Below, piece by piece: positions 46,613 to 56,842 of a stretch of DNA of 64,000 bases. Made by a program: the position numbers and the translations under genes. The stretch's first letter is position 1. Every line of letters starts with the position of its first letter. This DNA is from an uncultured Gemmatimonadaceae bacterium (GTDB lineage: Bacteria; Gemmatimonadota; Gemmatimonadetes; Gemmatimonadales; Gemmatimonadaceae), in assembly GCA_963761305.1 (NCBI GenBank), contig CAVXGK010000002.1, forward strand, positions 2,496,001 through 2,560,000, in the 5' to 3' direction. The notes below the pieces were generated by a model. The model was not told the origin of the DNA and did not search any database. It saw only the letters and a program-made list of their open reading frames with translations.

Positions 46613-48486
46613 CGGCGACCATCGAACGTCTGCTCGACCCGAATGCCATCATCGTGTTCGACGGCGCGATGGGCACGATGCTGTACAGCAAGGGCGTGTT
46701 CATCAACCAGTGCTACGACGAGCTGAACGTCCGCGCGCCGGAGCTCGTACGCGACATCCATATGCAGTATGTCAAAGCAGGGGCGGATGTCATCGAGACG
46801 AACAGTTTCGGGGCCAATCGCCTCAAGCTCGTGCAGCACGGACTGCAAGATCAGGTGAAGGAGTTGAACCGCGCCGCGGCGAAGGTGGCGCGCGACGCCG
46901 CCGACGGCCGCGCACTGGTCGCGGGCGCGGTCGGTCCGCTCGGCGTTCGCCTCGAGCCGTACGGCCCGACGAGCAAGGCCGAAGCGTGCGCGACCTTCAG
47001 GGAACAGCTCGAGGGGCTCGCCGAGGGTGGCGTCGATCTGTTCATCCTCGAGACCTTCTCCGATCTCGACGAGATCGAGCAGGCCATTCTCGCCGCGCGC
47101 GAGGTCGACGCGAACAAGCCGATCATCGCGCAGATGACGATCGGCGCCGACGGCCGCACGCCCTATGGCGCCGAGACCGACGTCGTCGCGCGCAAGCTCG
47201 ACGCGTGGGGTGCCGACATCATCGGATTGAACTGCTCCGTCGGTCCGCAAACGATTCTCGAGTGTGTCGAGAAGATGGCACCGGCTACGCGGCGCAAGTT
47301 GAGCGCCCAGCCGAACGCGGGCATGCCGCGCGACGTCGGCGGCCGCAGCATGTACATGGCGAGCCCCGAATACATGGCGACCTACGCGCGTCATCTCGTG
47401 CAAGCGGGCGCGAAGATCGTGGGCGGATGCTGCGGTACGACCCCTGAGCACATCCACGCGATCGTCGAAGGGATTCGTCCTCTCGCGCCTCGCCTCGCCG
47501 GAACCGCCGTGATTCATGACCCCGTGCCGGCGGGCAACGGCGCTCCTGCCGAGCGGCGGCCGCCGGCCGCCGTGGAGACGGTGCCGCTCGCCGAGCGTTC
47601 CCATTGGGCGAAGAAATTGGCGACGCGGGAGTTCGTGTCGTCGGTGGAGATCGTGCCGCCGCGCGGCGTCGACGCGTCGCGCATGCTCGCCGACGTGAAG
47701 AAGCTCAAGGATGCCGGTGTCGACGCCGTGAACGTGCCGGACGGACCGCGCGCGCAGAGCCGGATGGGCGCGCTCCTGACGAGCGTGTTGATCGAGCAGC
47801 AAGTCGGCATCGAGACGGTCACGCACTACGCTTGCCGCGACCGCAACCTGCTCGGCATGCTGAGCGACCTGTTGGGTGCCTCGGCTGTAGGCCTTCGCAA
47901 TTTGCTCATCGTCACCGGGGATCCGCCGAAGATGGGTCCCTATCCCGACGCGACGGCCGTCTTCGACGTGGACTCGATCGGCCTCACCAACCTGGTGAGC
48001 CACCTCAATCGGGGGCTCGATCCCGGCGGCAACGCGATCGGCCAACCGACCCGTTTCGCGATCGGCGTCGGCGTGAACCCGGTGGCGATCGACGTCGAGC
48101 AGGAGATTCGCAGGTTCACCTGGAAAGTGGACGCCGGAGCTGAGTTCGCGATCACCCAGCCGGTGTTCGACGCGGCTCAGCTGGAGAAGTTCTTCGAGCG
48201 GATCGGCGGCAAGCACATTCCGGTAGTGGCCGGCATCTGGCCGCTCGTGTCGGTGCGGAACGCCGAGTTTCTCGCCAACGAGGTGCCGGGCGTGTCGGTG
48301 CCGGAGGCCGTGATCGCGCGCATGCGTCGCGCGAACGAGAAGTCAAAGGAACACGCGGTGGCCGAGGGGATCGCGATCGCGCGTGAGATGTTCGAGCGGA
48401 TCCGGCCGCTCGTGCAGGGGATTCAGGTCTCGGCGCCGTTCGGCAAGGTGGAGCTGGCGCTCCAGGTCCTCGAGAGTCGCGCCTAA
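46609..48486 (+). CDS. yitJ: Bifunctional homocysteine S-methyltransferase/5,10-methylenetetrahydrofolate reductase
   Basis: HMT domain (DGAMGT, GLNCSVGP, GGCCGTTP) plus MTHFR domain (VEIVPP, CRDRNL, TGDPP, ITQPVFD). ATGA overlap with metH. Confidence 0.9.
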   Translation: MTATIERLLDPNAIIVFDGAMGTMLYSKGVFINQCYDELNVRAPELVRDIHMQYVKAGADVIETNSFGANRLKLVQHGLQDQVKELNRAAAKVARDAADGRALVAGAVGPLGVRLEPYGPTSKAEACATFREQLEGLAEGGVDLFILETFSDLDEIEQAILAAREVDANKPIIAQMTIGADGRTPYGAETDVVARKLDAWGADIIGLNCSVGPQTILECVEKMAPATRRKLSAQPNAGMPRDVGGRSMYMASPEYMATYARHLVQAGAKIVGGCCGTTPEHIHAIVEGIRPLAPRLAGTAVIHDPVPAGNGAPAERRPPAAVETVPLAERSHWAKKLATREFVSSVEIVPPRGVDASRMLADVKKLKDAGVDAVNVPDGPRAQSRMGALLTSVLIEQQVGIETVTHYACRDRNLLGMLSDLLGASAVGLRNLLIVTGDPPKMGPYPDATAVFDVDSIGLTNLVSHLNRGLDPGGNAIGQPTRFAIGVGVNPVAIDVEQEIRRFTWKVDAGAEFAITQPVFDAAQLEKFFERIGGKHIPVVAGIWPLVSVRNAEFLANEVPGVSVPEAVIARMRRANEKSKEHAVAEGIAIAREMFERIRPLVQGIQVSAPFGKVELALQVLESRA

Positions 48487-49793
48487 GCGCGACCCAGCGC
48501 CTTCTTCGCCGCTTCTTCGCCGCTGATGAACGCCTGGTCCGTCCAGGCGTGGTTCCAGTCGCCGTAGCGGCCGCAGTAGTGAATCCCGACGTCGCTCAGA
48601 AAACCGTGAATCGTCTTCACGGCCGCCGCGCGGTCGAGATCGTAGATCACGTTGGCGTAGCGGTTGATCGCGACGTCCTGGTGCAGAATCTTGTCCGTGT
48701 CTCGGATGAAATCGGTGCGACGCAGATCCGTGATCACGCGCTCCATGAGGTCGGCCGGGTTGGCCGGCACCGGACGGTACTTGTCGGAAAAGTACACCTC
48801 GGCCTGAATCGTTCCGCAGCCCGGCGGCGCGTTGCGCGGCGAGAACATGTGCGGGAGGTTGACCCGCGAAAAGATGATGTCCTCGTCGTAGAAATACGTG
48901 ATGCCGCCCTCCGACAGATCCGCGCGATCGATGCCGAAGTTGAACAACACGGCCGTCGTGAACGCGAGCTGCTTGGCGGCTAGCCGAACGTCGTCCGGAG
49001 CGCGCGCGATGAGCGGCACGAGATCCGGAAGCGGAATCGACGAGATCACCTGGTCGTACGTCGCCTCTTTGCCGTTCGTGAACCGTATCCGTCTCGCCTT
49101 CGGATCGATCTCGGCCACGCCGTGGTCGAGCTTCAGGTCGTATCGCTCGGCGAAGGCGGCGAGATAGGTCTTGAATCCGCCGACCTTCGGATAGCGGAAC
49201 ATGTCGACGTAGTGCGCGGCGTTGCCCTGCGACGCGCCGGGGATCGCGCCGCGGAACACCTCCTCGATGCTCGGCCGATACATTCGCGGACCGATCCAGT
49301 CGGTCGTCAACCGGTCCATCGTCGTCGTGTGATACTTGTGGCCGTAGACCATCGGGAACATGCTCGCGAAGGTCTTTCCGTACGCATCGACCAGCCATTC
49401 GGCGTAGCTGGCGCCCGGCGTCGACTCCTTCCCGCCCTGCGACACGTACTCGGTCATGATCGTGACGGCGAGGTCGGGCGGAAGCTTGGCGAGATTGCAC
49501 TGCACGGGATGCGGGATGCGCCGACCCTTCCAATAGTTGTCCGCGCCCAGCCGCCGCTCCTCGAACTCACCCTTCACGTTCTCGGCGAGAATGTCTCGCA
49601 CGTGGGCGTGTTTGGTGAACGACACGTGGCCGCCTTCGTCGTAGACGAAGCCGCTCTCGTAGCGAAGCGAGTGCGTGTGCCCGCCGTAATAGGGATTGCG
49701 ATCGTACATGACGAACGGCATCCCGGCGGCTTCGAGGGCGTGCCCGGCACCGAAGCCGGCCATGCCCGTCCCCAAGACGGCGAAGCGAGTCAC
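48483..49793 (-). CDS. FAD-dependent oxidoreductase (UDP-galactopyranose mutase/HemY-like superfamily)
   Basis: LGTGMAG, DEGGHVSF, FRYPKVGG and CGRYGDW. Confidence 0.8.
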   Translation of the reverse strand: MTRFAVLGTGMAGFGAGHALEAAGMPFVMYDRNPYYGGHTHSLRYESGFVYDEGGHVSFTKHAHVRDILAENVKGEFEERRLGADNYWKGRRIPHPVQCNLAKLPPDLAVTIMTEYVSQGGKESTPGASYAEWLVDAYGKTFASMFPMVYGHKYHTTTMDRLTTDWIGPRMYRPSIEEVFRGAIPGASQGNAAHYVDMFRYPKVGGFKTYLAAFAERYDLKLDHGVAEIDPKARRIRFTNGKEATYDQVISSIPLPDLVPLIARAPDDVRLAAKQLAFTTAVLFNFGIDRADLSEGGITYFYDEDIIFSRVNLPHMFSPRNAPPGCGTIQAEVYFSDKYRPVPANPADLMERVITDLRRTDFIRDTDKILHQDVAINRYANVIYDLDRAAAVKTIHGFLSDVGIHYCGRYGDWNHAWTDQAFISGEEAAKKALGRA

Positions 49794-50824
49794 GAAGCTT
49801 TTCTCCAGCGCAGGTCGGAATCCACGCGTCCCTGCTCGAGCAGGCGAAGCAGCGATTTGACGCGCGAGTAGCGGGCCCCCTCGAGATCGTCTCGCGTGAG
49901 GCCGATGGCCATGAACGCGTCGCGCAACTGATTGATGCCGCGCTCGACGTTCCAGGTGGGCCGGAACCCGGGAACCATCCGCGTGATCTTGGAAAAATCG
50001 ACGCGGTAGCAGCGAGGATCCGCGCCGGCGCCTTCGGCGAAGCTCACTTCGCTTCCCGCGACCGCGCGCTGCACCATCTCGGCCACGGTGCGAATGCGAT
50101 AGTTCTCGCCCTGGCGTCCGACGTTGAATGCCTGCGAATGGATCGACTCGCGCGGCGCGACGAGGATCGCCGCGAACGCGCGGCACACGTCTTCGACGTG
50201 CACGAGCGGTCGCCACGGCGATCCGTCGCTCTTGAGCACGACCTTTCCCGTGGTCACCGCCCAGCCGACCAGGTTGTTCACCACCACGTCCCCGCGCAGA
50301 CGAGGCGACACGCCGTAGCAGGTGGCATTGCGAAGGAACGTCGGGCTGAAGGACTCATCGGCCAGGCCGAGCAGCTCGTGCTCGACCGACACCTTCGATT
50401 CGGCGTAGGGAGTGATCGGCGCGAACGTCGCCTGCTCGTCGAGAATGTCGTCGGGACTCGACGCCCCGTAGACGCTGCACGACGAGGAAAACAGGAACCG
50501 CTGGACGCCGGCCGCCTTCGCGAGGCGGGCAAGGTGAATCGACGCGCGGTGATTGATCCCGTACGTACACTCGGGATTGAGATCGCCGACCGGGTCGTTG
50601 GACAGCGCCGCCAGATGCACGACCGCGTCGAAGCCGGCCAGATCCTCGGCGCGGATGTCCCGCAGGTCGCGATCGATGACCGAAACACGCGGCGTGTCAT
50701 CTCCGAACGCGCAGTCCCGGTAGTATCGCGTGTCGAGGCCTACGACCTCGTGTCCTTCGTTCTGGAGAAACGGCCCCAGGACCGCGCCGATATATCCATC
50801 GTGACCCGTCATCAACACTCGCAC
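49790..50824 (-). CDS. NAD-dependent nucleotide-sugar epimerase/dehydratase
   Basis: TGHDGYIG, HLAALSNDP, SSCSVYG, YAESK and DGSPWRP. Confidence 0.9.
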   Translation of the reverse strand: MRVLMTGHDGYIGAVLGPFLQNEGHEVVGLDTRYYRDCAFGDDTPRVSVIDRDLRDIRAEDLAGFDAVVHLAALSNDPVGDLNPECTYGINHRASIHLARLAKAAGVQRFLFSSSCSVYGASSPDDILDEQATFAPITPYAESKVSVEHELLGLADESFSPTFLRNATCYGVSPRLRGDVVVNNLVGWAVTTGKVVLKSDGSPWRPLVHVEDVCRAFAAILVAPRESIHSQAFNVGRQGENYRIRTVAEMVQRAVAGSEVSFAEGAGADPRCYRVDFSKITRMVPGFRPTWNVERGINQLRDAFMAIGLTRDDLEGARYSRVKSLLRLLEQGRVDSDLRWRKAS

Positions 50825-50976
50825 GTCTGCACCTCGCGGGGGGGCAACTGACGACGGAATTGTACTGTGCGGGAGTGGTGAGCGCTCATCGACGAGAAGA
50901 CTGAATCGGAGGGGGTGCGGGACTGCCTATTAGACGCCCGGCGCCTGTTTTCGGCACACGCGCGGAGCGCGCGCGC

Positions 50977-51648
50977 TTACTTGGCCGAGCCAGGGGCGAT
51001 CAAGATCTTGCGGGCGTGAAATGCCTCGGCGTATCCCTCGGGGGCGGCGCATTCGACGCCGCGAATGCGCATGAGTCCGTCGAAGGTGGACGCGGAATAC
51101 CAGTGCTTTCGCCGCTGGCTGGGGAAGGACGTCATCAGGTGACGCACTTTGCGCCGTCGGATCGCCGGACTCAGCGGCACGAAGACGCTCGGACGACCGA
51201 GGTCCCCGTCGTACTTCGGGATTTCATATTCGAGGATACAATAGTCGCGGAACGTGTTCCAGGTGAGCTCCGAGACCATCCGATGATCCTGGTGCGCGTC
51301 GTCGCCGCGGTGCGTGAACACGAGATCCGGATCCGCGCGTTGCTTGATCTGCTCGAAGCGATCTTTGAGCTCGGCGCCCTGAAAGGGAAAGAAGCCGTCG
51401 CGGAACTCGGCGACCTCGATGTCCAACCCCGCCGCTCCACGCGCCAGGCGGGTGGCGCTCCTGCGCGCCTCCTGTGCGCGCCGGCGGTCGCCGCTGAGGA
51501 CGACCCAGTGGAGCATCACGCGCCGCCGTTCGGCGATGAGCCGGAGCAGCGTGCCGCCGCATCCGATCTCGATGTCGTCCGAGTGCGCGCCCAAACAAAG
51601 CACCGCGAGAGGGCCACGCGGAGGGAGACCGAACGTAAACGGCAGCAT
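50977..51648 (-). CDS. PIG-L/LmbE family deacetylase
   Basis: GAHSDDIEIGCGGT, HQDH and YEIPKYDGDLG. Confidence 0.9.
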   Translation of the reverse strand: MLPFTFGLPPRGPLAVLCLGAHSDDIEIGCGGTLLRLIAERRRVMLHWVVLSGDRRRAQEARRSATRLARGAAGLDIEVAEFRDGFFPFQGAELKDRFEQIKQRADPDLVFTHRGDDAHQDHRMVSELTWNTFRDYCILEYEIPKYDGDLGRPSVFVPLSPAIRRRKVRHLMTSFPSQRRKHWYSASTFDGLMRIRGVECAAPEGYAEAFHARKILIAPGSAK

Positions 51649-51656
51649 CTCGTCGT

Positions 51657-52430
51657 CTACTTGCGGCCGTTCTCCCACGGCGGTCCGCCGCGGGCGTACA
51701 ACTCGTCGAGCTGTTGCTTGTCCTTGAAGGTGTCCATGGCCTTCCAGAAGCCGTCGTACTCGTACGACATGAGCTGCCGGTCGGCGATGAGCCGCGTGAG
51801 CGCGCCGTCCACGAGGTCCTCGCCTTCGCGCAGGTAGTCGAAGATCTCGCGCCGGAAAATGAAGAATCCTCCGTTCACGCGAACCCTGGCAGCGCGCACG
51901 TCGGTGAGCGCGGTGACGAGCCCATTCGAGGTCGCGACGTAGTGGTAGCTGACGTTCGGCGACACCGTGACCATGGCGGCGATCACGCCACTCTTGCGGA
52001 ACCGGTCGGCATAGGCCGTGAGGTCCATGTCGGTGAGGCAGTCGGTGTAGTTGGCGAAGAAGATCTCGTCGTCGCCGACGTAAGCGCGCACCTGCCGCAG
52101 GCGCTCGCCGATGGCGGTCGTCGGACCGGTGTCGGCAAAGGTGATGCGCCAGTCCTGAATGTCGGTGTGGAGGAGCTCGACCTTTCGGCCGCCGTCGGCG
52201 AGGATGAAGTCGTTCGACAGCGCTTCGTTGTAGTTCAAGAAATACTGCTTGATGACGTCGCCCTTGTACCCGAGACAGAGCACGAATTCGGTGTGGCCGA
52301 AACGGGCGTAGTATTTCATCAGATGCCACATGATCGGGCGGTACCCAATCGTGACCATCGGCTTCGGGAGGCTCGCGTCGTAGTCCCGAAGCCGCATCCC
52401 CAAGCCGCCGCAGAACAGCACGACCTTCAT
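51657..52430 (-). CDS. rfbF: Glucose-1-phosphate cytidylyltransferase-like nucleotidyltransferase
   Basis: MKVVLFCGGLGMRL, PKPMV, LCLGYKG, NGGFFIF and GFWKAMDTFKD. Confidence 0.85.
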   Translation of the reverse strand: MKVVLFCGGLGMRLRDYDASLPKPMVTIGYRPIMWHLMKYYARFGHTEFVLCLGYKGDVIKQYFLNYNEALSNDFILADGGRKVELLHTDIQDWRITFADTGPTTAIGERLRQVRAYVGDDEIFFANYTDCLTDMDLTAYADRFRKSGVIAAMVTVSPNVSYHYVATSNGLVTALTDVRAARVRVNGGFFIFRREIFDYLREGEDLVDGALTRLIADRQLMSYEYDGFWKAMDTFKDKQQLDELYARGGPPWENGRK

Positions 52431-53755
52431 CGAGCCGCCAGTTCGCGGGCCGGCGGCGTCCGGCCCGCACCGACCGTCTTGGCCGGCCATCGCTCCTGCT
52501 GCTCTTTCCAGAGCTTGTCGGAGAGCCGTTCCGCCGGTAGACGAACGTCGGCGAACGTGAGCGCGGAATCCTTGGCGACGTCTCGAACGAGGGTACATCC
52601 CTCGGCGAGGCCGATCGGGAGCGCGTTGATCGAGCGAGCCGTCGAAGCGTTGTCGATCAGCCCGTAGGTGCAGAACCCCCCGATCGCATCCAGCCGCTCG
52701 CCGCTCTTGAGATCACGTTTCGCCATCGCCAACACCTCGCAACGCGGTCCGTCGAGCGGCGTGACCGTCGGGTCGCCGAACACCGCGGCGCGGCCGATCG
52801 TCGAAGCGATCTGCAGATGCGGCAAATGAAACGGCGTGAAGAACACGTGGAACGGACCGTCGCCCATGCGATAGTACGTGAGCTGCGCCGATTTCAGCGG
52901 GTTCGTCTCGTGCACGATCGCGAATCCGCCGGTGCGCGGCTCGGCGCCGAGTGAATAGTCGACGATGCCGCCGTCGAGCATCGCTTCGGCGGGCAGCAGC
53001 GACGCGAGCTCTCGCACATCCTTGCACGCCGGCCCGTACATGCCGCGGCGCCCGACGTGGAAGCCAGTGGCGTTCGCGAGGACGGTCGTTTCCATCGACA
53101 GCTTGGTGGCGTCGGCGAACGACGTCACCTTCCACACGTTCTGATCGTAGCGCGCGGCGAATTCCCGCTGTGTTTCCGGCGTGCGGTAGTGATCGACCAT
53201 GCCCTTGATGTTGCCCGCCGCGACGACGCTCAGACCCAGTCCGCGCAGGTAGCGCACGAGCGTCATCGCCACGCCCGGTTCGTCGCCGTCGGTGTTGGTG
53301 AGCACCACGCCGGCGGCGTCCGCTTTGGTCTTGAGAATCGGTCCGATGAGCGAATCGAGCTCGGCATTCACGATGACCGTGTGCTTCTTGTGATCGATCG
53401 CGTCGAGCACGAGGCCCGCGGCGTAGTCGATGGAACCGGTGGCCTCGACGATCAGATCGATTTCCGGCGAGCGAACAAGCAGCTCGGCGTCGTCGGTGAG
53501 GACCGGCACGCCGCGCCGAATGCTCTCGGACGCCGCCGCGGCTTGGTCAGCGTTGGTCCACTGCGTGATGCCGGCCTCGCGAAACGCGCGCTCCGCGTTC
53601 GCCGGCGTGCGATTGGCGATTCCGGCCAGCCGGATTCCCGGCACGGGAGTACCGAGTTGGAGGGCGATGGCGCGGCCAGTCGCGCCGGCACCGATCATTC
53701 CGACGCGGATCGGCCGACCCTCGTTCTCTCGTCGTTGCAGAGCCGTATCGAGCAT
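52427..53755 (-). CDS. NAD(P)-dependent oxidoreductase with a C-terminal SAF domain (homoserine dehydrogenase-like)
   Basis: VGMIGAGATG, DGDEPG, SFADATKLSME and AKRDLKSGERLDAIGG...LPIGL. Confidence 0.85.
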   Translation of the reverse strand: MLDTALQRRENEGRPIRVGMIGAGATGRAIALQLGTPVPGIRLAGIANRTPANAERAFREAGITQWTNADQAAAASESIRRGVPVLTDDAELLVRSPEIDLIVEATGSIDYAAGLVLDAIDHKKHTVIVNAELDSLIGPILKTKADAAGVVLTNTDGDEPGVAMTLVRYLRGLGLSVVAAGNIKGMVDHYRTPETQREFAARYDQNVWKVTSFADATKLSMETTVLANATGFHVGRRGMYGPACKDVRELASLLPAEAMLDGGIVDYSLGAEPRTGGFAIVHETNPLKSAQLTYYRMGDGPFHVFFTPFHLPHLQIASTIGRAAVFGDPTVTPLDGPRCEVLAMAKRDLKSGERLDAIGGFCTYGLIDNASTARSINALPIGLAEGCTLVRDVAKDSALTFADVRLPAERLSDKLWKEQQERWPAKTVGAGRTPPARELAAR

Positions 53756-54306
53756 CAGCGTGACACCGCCTGAAGATGATCCTGCAAGGAGGGCCATCGC
53801 TTGTCCTGGTCGGACATCGCACCGGGAGGCAGCGGCCACTGAATTGCAACGGTCTCGTCGTCGTACTTGAGTCCACGCACCGCGCTCGGCTCGTATACCG
53901 CCGACGTCATGTAGTAGACGTCCGAGTCGTCCTGGAGTGTCTGATATCCCGTCGCGCAACCGCGCGGGACGAACAGCATCCGCGCATTTTCGGCGCTCAA
54001 CTCAGTGCCGAACCACCGTCCGAACGCCGGAGAGTCGTGACGCAGGTCGACGATCACGTCGAACACGGCGCCGCGCGTGCAACGGACCAACTTCGCTTCC
54101 TCGTGCGGCGCCGATTGGTAGTGCAGTCCGCGCAACGTTCCCGCCGTGTGGCTACTGCCGACGTTGGCTTGAAGCGGCAGAAAATCGATCCCGTGCTCCT
54201 TGAACTCGTTCGTGCACCACGCCCTGAAGAATCGTCCGCGATGGTCGGCGTGTGCGGACGGATCGATGGTCCAGGCTCCAGGAATGGGCAGTTCGGTAAA
54301 GTGCAT
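53755..54306 (-). CDS. rfbC: NDP-4-keto-hexose 3,5-epimerase (RfbC/RmlC family)
   Basis: DHRGRF, GTLRGLHYQ, EAKLVRC and DVIVDLR. Confidence 0.88.
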   Translation of the reverse strand: MHFTELPIPGAWTIDPSAHADHRGRFFRAWCTNEFKEHGIDFLPLQANVGSSHTAGTLRGLHYQSAPHEEAKLVRCTRGAVFDVIVDLRHDSPAFGRWFGTELSAENARMLFVPRGCATGYQTLQDDSDVYYMTSAVYEPSAVRGLKYDDETVAIQWPLPPGAMSDQDKRWPSLQDHLQAVSR

Positions 54307-54315
54307 CCGGCGTGT

Positions 54316-55362
54316 CTATCGCGTGACCGCTTTGACCGGGGCGGGCGCGACGTGGGTGGAGTCGTGCTTGGGTGCGAAGCGCGACGCGACGTAGTGCGCG
54401 AACTTGACGCCGGTGTTGAGCGGATTCAACGCGCCGTCAATGAAGCGCATGGCCACGTATTTCGCGAGCTTCGCGTTGTCGATCGGGTTCTCGAGATCGG
54501 TCGCCGAGTGTCGATGGAATTCCCAGAAGTCCTTGCCCAATCCGTCGTACCAACTCCGCGACAGCATCGAGTAGTAGTCGTGCTCGGCGTTGCGCAAGCA
54601 TCGCTCGAACTCGTCCGGCGTGAGGTAGAGCGGGCCGTACCGGGTCAATAGGTCGAGCACCGCGGCCGGATAGGCCCGCATGCGAGCGAGATAGGGCGTC
54701 GTCGCGGCTTGCTGCGCCCGGCGCTGGAACGACAACACCTGGTGCACGTAGCCGAAGTCGTGTCGTTGGAGGAGGCCGAGGTAGGCCTCGGTGTCGCCGT
54801 GATAGACGTGCGGATTGTAGAACGGCCTCTGCTCGCGCAGGACGGACGCGCGAATCAACGAGGTCGACGGGCCGCCGAAGACGTGGACTCCGTCGAGAAA
54901 ATATCGGCGAACGACATCACGCCCGTTCCACATCGGCCCGCCGAGCGGCAGACCGTCGAACACGACGCGCGAATCGCGCAGCACCAACGACGACACCATG
55001 CCGATCGTCGGATACGCCTCGGCGACGGGCACCATCTCGGAGAGACAGTGCGGGAAGAGCGTGTCGTCCGAGTCGAGGATCTTACAGTACTTCGCGTCGT
55101 CGGAGACCAGCGTGAAGGCGCGATTGTGGCTGTCCACGACCGACACGAACTCCGTGGCGTTGTAGACGCGGACCCGTGAATCTTTGCGCGCGAACTCTTC
55201 GGCGATCGCCTGTGTTCCGTCAGTGCTGCAGTTGTTGGCGATCGTGAGCTCGAAGTTGTCGTAGGTCTGCGCCAGCACGCTGCGAATGGCATTCGCTATG
55301 ACATCCCCGCCGTTGTAGACCGGGATGACGACGCTGACGAGAGGCGATCGGGTCGAGTTCAT
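54316..55362 (-). CDS. Glycosyltransferase family 2
   Basis: VSVVIPVYNG, NCSTDGT and LDSDD. Confidence 0.9.
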   Translation of the reverse strand: MNSTRSPLVSVVIPVYNGGDVIANAIRSVLAQTYDNFELTIANNCSTDGTQAIAEEFARKDSRVRVYNATEFVSVVDSHNRAFTLVSDDAKYCKILDSDDTLFPHCLSEMVPVAEAYPTIGMVSSLVLRDSRVVFDGLPLGGPMWNGRDVVRRYFLDGVHVFGGPSTSLIRASVLREQRPFYNPHVYHGDTEAYLGLLQRHDFGYVHQVLSFQRRAQQAATTPYLARMRAYPAAVLDLLTRYGPLYLTPDEFERCLRNAEHDYYSMLSRSWYDGLGKDFWEFHRHSATDLENPIDNAKLAKYVAMRFIDGALNPLNTGVKFAHYVASRFAPKHDSTHVAPAPVKAVTR

Positions 55363-55409
55363 GTGCACAGACCAGAGAGTGTTCTGTATCACAGTTCGGC
55401 GGGCGCCGG

Positions 55410-55611
55410 GCTGGAGTGTCGCACTAATTCTCCATAACTGCCGTTTTTTCTGCAATAGACAGAATCTGACCTAACACGATTCGTGGCTATCCTTATAAGC
55501 TACAGTGAATCATGAGCTTGGCACGTTGGACCGCCGTGTGGAATTCTTCGTGTCGGCACCATGATTTCTGGAGGTGTTGCGTGGTCGCTACAAACTCCGG
55601 GGGCTGCTGCG
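55410..55611. repeat. Conserved intergenic element, copy A (homologous to 56645-56842)
   Basis: Shared blocks GTGTCGCACTAAT, TGCAATAGAC, GTGAATCATGAGCTTGGCA and TGTTGCnTGGTCGCTACA. Confidence 0.85.
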
Positions 55612-56583
55612 TCACCCGAGGGGCGTGATCTCCGCACCTGCTGTCGGTCCATGATCATTGCGTTGCTTGCGGCGACGCCACTGCTCAGAAAGCGTGCCCC
55701 ATGAGCGAGATGCGTCGGTGAAGGTGAGGAACCAGCCGGGATTCCTCGTCAGTCGTTGCCAGACGTATCGCACGTGCAGGCGCGCGGTGTTGAGGACCAA
55801 CCAGCGCGACACCCCAAAGATGAAGTGCACCCCGTCGCTCTTGTCGGCTAGGCGCACGCGGGTGACGCCCTGGCCCACATAGTTCCGTCGAACCAGGTCG
55901 AGCGTAAGGTGCTCCGGACCAACCACATGCTGCACTTTCGCGCTGGGAACCCACACCCCTTGGTGTCCGGCCTTTTCCAGCGCCTCGCAGAACACCTCGT
56001 CCTCGCGGTCGGCGCGGCTCTTCCCGCTGCGTCCGATGTCGACGCGGAATCGTGCGCTCTCAAAGGCGCTGCGCCGATACGCCATGGATGGACCCCACGG
56101 CCATTCGCCCCGTTGGAGGACGCGCTCCGGACCGCCAAGGTCGTGACCCTCTCCCACGAAGGTCCTTAGAAACTGCTCATGGGCGCGGAACCAGGGCGGC
56201 GGCTCCTTCTCGTACAGCGGCGTTACCACGCCGCCGAAATAGCTCGCCTCCGGCCACCGCTCTGCAGCAGCGGCGAAGGCCACCAACCAATCCTCGTCGA
56301 CGAGGACGTCGTCGTCGGTAAAGATCACGAGGTCGCCGCGCGCGGCTCGCAGAGCGCGGTTTCTCGCATGCGAGAGACCTTGAACCGGTTCTACCAGTCG
56401 CGCGATTGGCAACCGATCCTCATACGACCGGATGATTGCGGGCGTCTCATCCGTGCAGTTGTTCTCCACGACCAGCAGCTCCCACTCGAGCCCCGCCGGA
56501 ACACGGACTCGGCACAACTGCTTGAGCGTCCTGTCCAGGATCTTCGCTCGATTCCAGGTACAGATCGCGACCGAGACGTACAT
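55612..56583 (-). CDS. Glycosyltransferase family 2 (tandem paralog A)
   Basis: VSVAICTWNR, NNCTDET, GLSHARN and FTDDD. Confidence 0.92.
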   Translation of the reverse strand: MYVSVAICTWNRAKILDRTLKQLCRVRVPAGLEWELLVVENNCTDETPAIIRSYEDRLPIARLVEPVQGLSHARNRALRAARGDLVIFTDDDVLVDEDWLVAFAAAAERWPEASYFGGVVTPLYEKEPPPWFRAHEQFLRTFVGEGHDLGGPERVLQRGEWPWGPSMAYRRSAFESARFRVDIGRSGKSRADREDEVFCEALEKAGHQGVWVPSAKVQHVVGPEHLTLDLVRRNYVGQGVTRVRLADKSDGVHFIFGVSRWLVLNTARLHVRYVWQRLTRNPGWFLTFTDASRSWGTLSEQWRRRKQRNDHGPTAGAEITPLG

Positions 56584-56644
56584 GGGGTGGTCCTCGCCCG
56601 CGCTTTCGAGTTATTGCCGCACCGCTTCAGGGCGGCCCGTGCGA

Positions 56645-56842
56645 GCTGGCGTGTCGCACTAATGTTCCGCTAGTTCTGTTCTTCTTGCAATAGACGGACT
56701 CTGGCGTACCACAATTCACGGCTGCCGTGTAAGCACCGTGAATCATGAGCTTGGCAGGTTTGGCGACCGTGTGACGTCGTCGTGTTGACGCTTCAGTTCC
56801 CGGAAGTGTTGCCTGGTCGCTACAGAACGAGGCGCCGCCGCG
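56645..56842. repeat. Conserved intergenic element, copy B
   Basis: Same blocks at 56651, 56686, 56738 and 56807, offset about 1233 bp from copy A. Confidence 0.85.

Noticed and set aside
44144..48216. Long antisense ORFs (766 aa, 549 aa, also 6144-8399 and others)
   Set aside because: Shadow ORFs typical of high-GC coding DNA, with no recognisable motifs and opposite well-supported genes.
55505..55535. Sigma54 promoter at TTGGCAC
   Set aside because: No GC at the -12 position in either copy, and it faces away from the GT genes.
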